DNA of 48,134 bases from Alphaproteobacteria bacterium (GTDB lineage Bacteria > Pseudomonadota > Alphaproteobacteria > UBA8366 > CAVOAK01). The notes beneath the pieces are model-generated. The model did not search any database and had not been told where the DNA came from. It worked only from the letters and a program-made list of their open reading frames with translations. Shown here one piece after another: positions 47,932 to 48,134 of this stretch. The stretch's first letter is position 1. The number at the start of each line of letters is the position of its first letter. Location: contig CAVOAK010000001.1 of NCBI GenBank assembly GCA_963693665.1, forward strand, positions 1-48,134. The letters are read 5' to 3'. A program made the position numbers and the translations under genes.

Positions 47932-48134
47932 ATGACTCCTCGTATTGACGTTTTGTCCCACCGCAGCATGTCAACGTTCACGCAACAAACTCCGCGTAAC
48001 AGACTGCCACTTCATTTTGCGGGATCTTGCAAGGCGCCCTGAACGCCCGGCTCAATTTTGGCCTCAGCCAATGTCGACATTAGCTTGAGAGTTCAAGAAA
48101 ACCAACATTTTTTTTCCTTACCCTAGCTTTATCT

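Noticed and set aside
1-48134. CRISPR arrays, tRNA/rRNA genes, prophage or defence-island content.
   Set aside because: I found no regularly spaced repeats, no T-loop/anticodon-arm-like structures in intergenic gaps, and no phage, restriction, toxin-antitoxin or nuclease/helicase defence-type genes. The intergenic gaps are all under 330 nt.

Overview
This looks like a chromosomal segment from an alphaproteobacterium, based on a DUF4167 protein, GlnT/GmaS-type synthetases, a Sel1-SPOR protein and bactofilins. It holds about 40 genes. I found no rRNA, tRNA, CRISPR array, transposase, integrase or phage gene. GC looks mid-range by eye and was not computed.

Gene content from left to right:
- M24 peptidase 5' end (frameshifted)
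- speE-speD polyamine biosynthesis pair, preceded by a beta-helical bactofilin-like membrane protein (frameshifted)
- a degenerate class III cyclase with an in-frame TGA
- a histidine-utilisation cluster: hutU, ABM gene, hutH and hutG, convergent with hutI and a fused formimidoyltransferase-cyclodeaminase
- bactofilin, trxB, and a CHASE2 adenylate cyclase with a secreted partner
- ggt, an MBL hydrolase, two tandem MFS paralogs and pepN
- a flavoprotein disulfide reductase, an orphan CpaA-like prepilin peptidase, a Sel1-SPOR protein (frameshifted) and a Bcr/CflA MFS transporter
- an orphan Tat-signal family-5 binding protein
- an N-methylglutamate-pathway-like block (mgsA-mgsB-mgsC-gmaS), divergent from a second GmaS/GlnT-like synthetase and a Pot-type ABC importer that has two permeases and a binding protein but no ATPase
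- an SxtJ-like membrane protein and an M23 peptidase
- a clpB 3' remnant fused head-to-head to a 5'-truncated GT4 glycosyltransferase carrying an in-frame TAA
- a Lon-like AAA protease and DUF4167

Main points for follow-up:
- the gamma-glutamyl-amine / N-methylglutamate-like island, which has no mgd genes and no ABC ATPase in the window
- the hybrid hut end-pathway, with FGase plus fused FTCD but no hutF or hutC
- an unusually high density of disrupted genes, which could be real decay or assembly error
- the clpB/GT deletion scar

I do not see a clear new defence or mobile system. All functional calls come from reading motifs by eye, with no database search.
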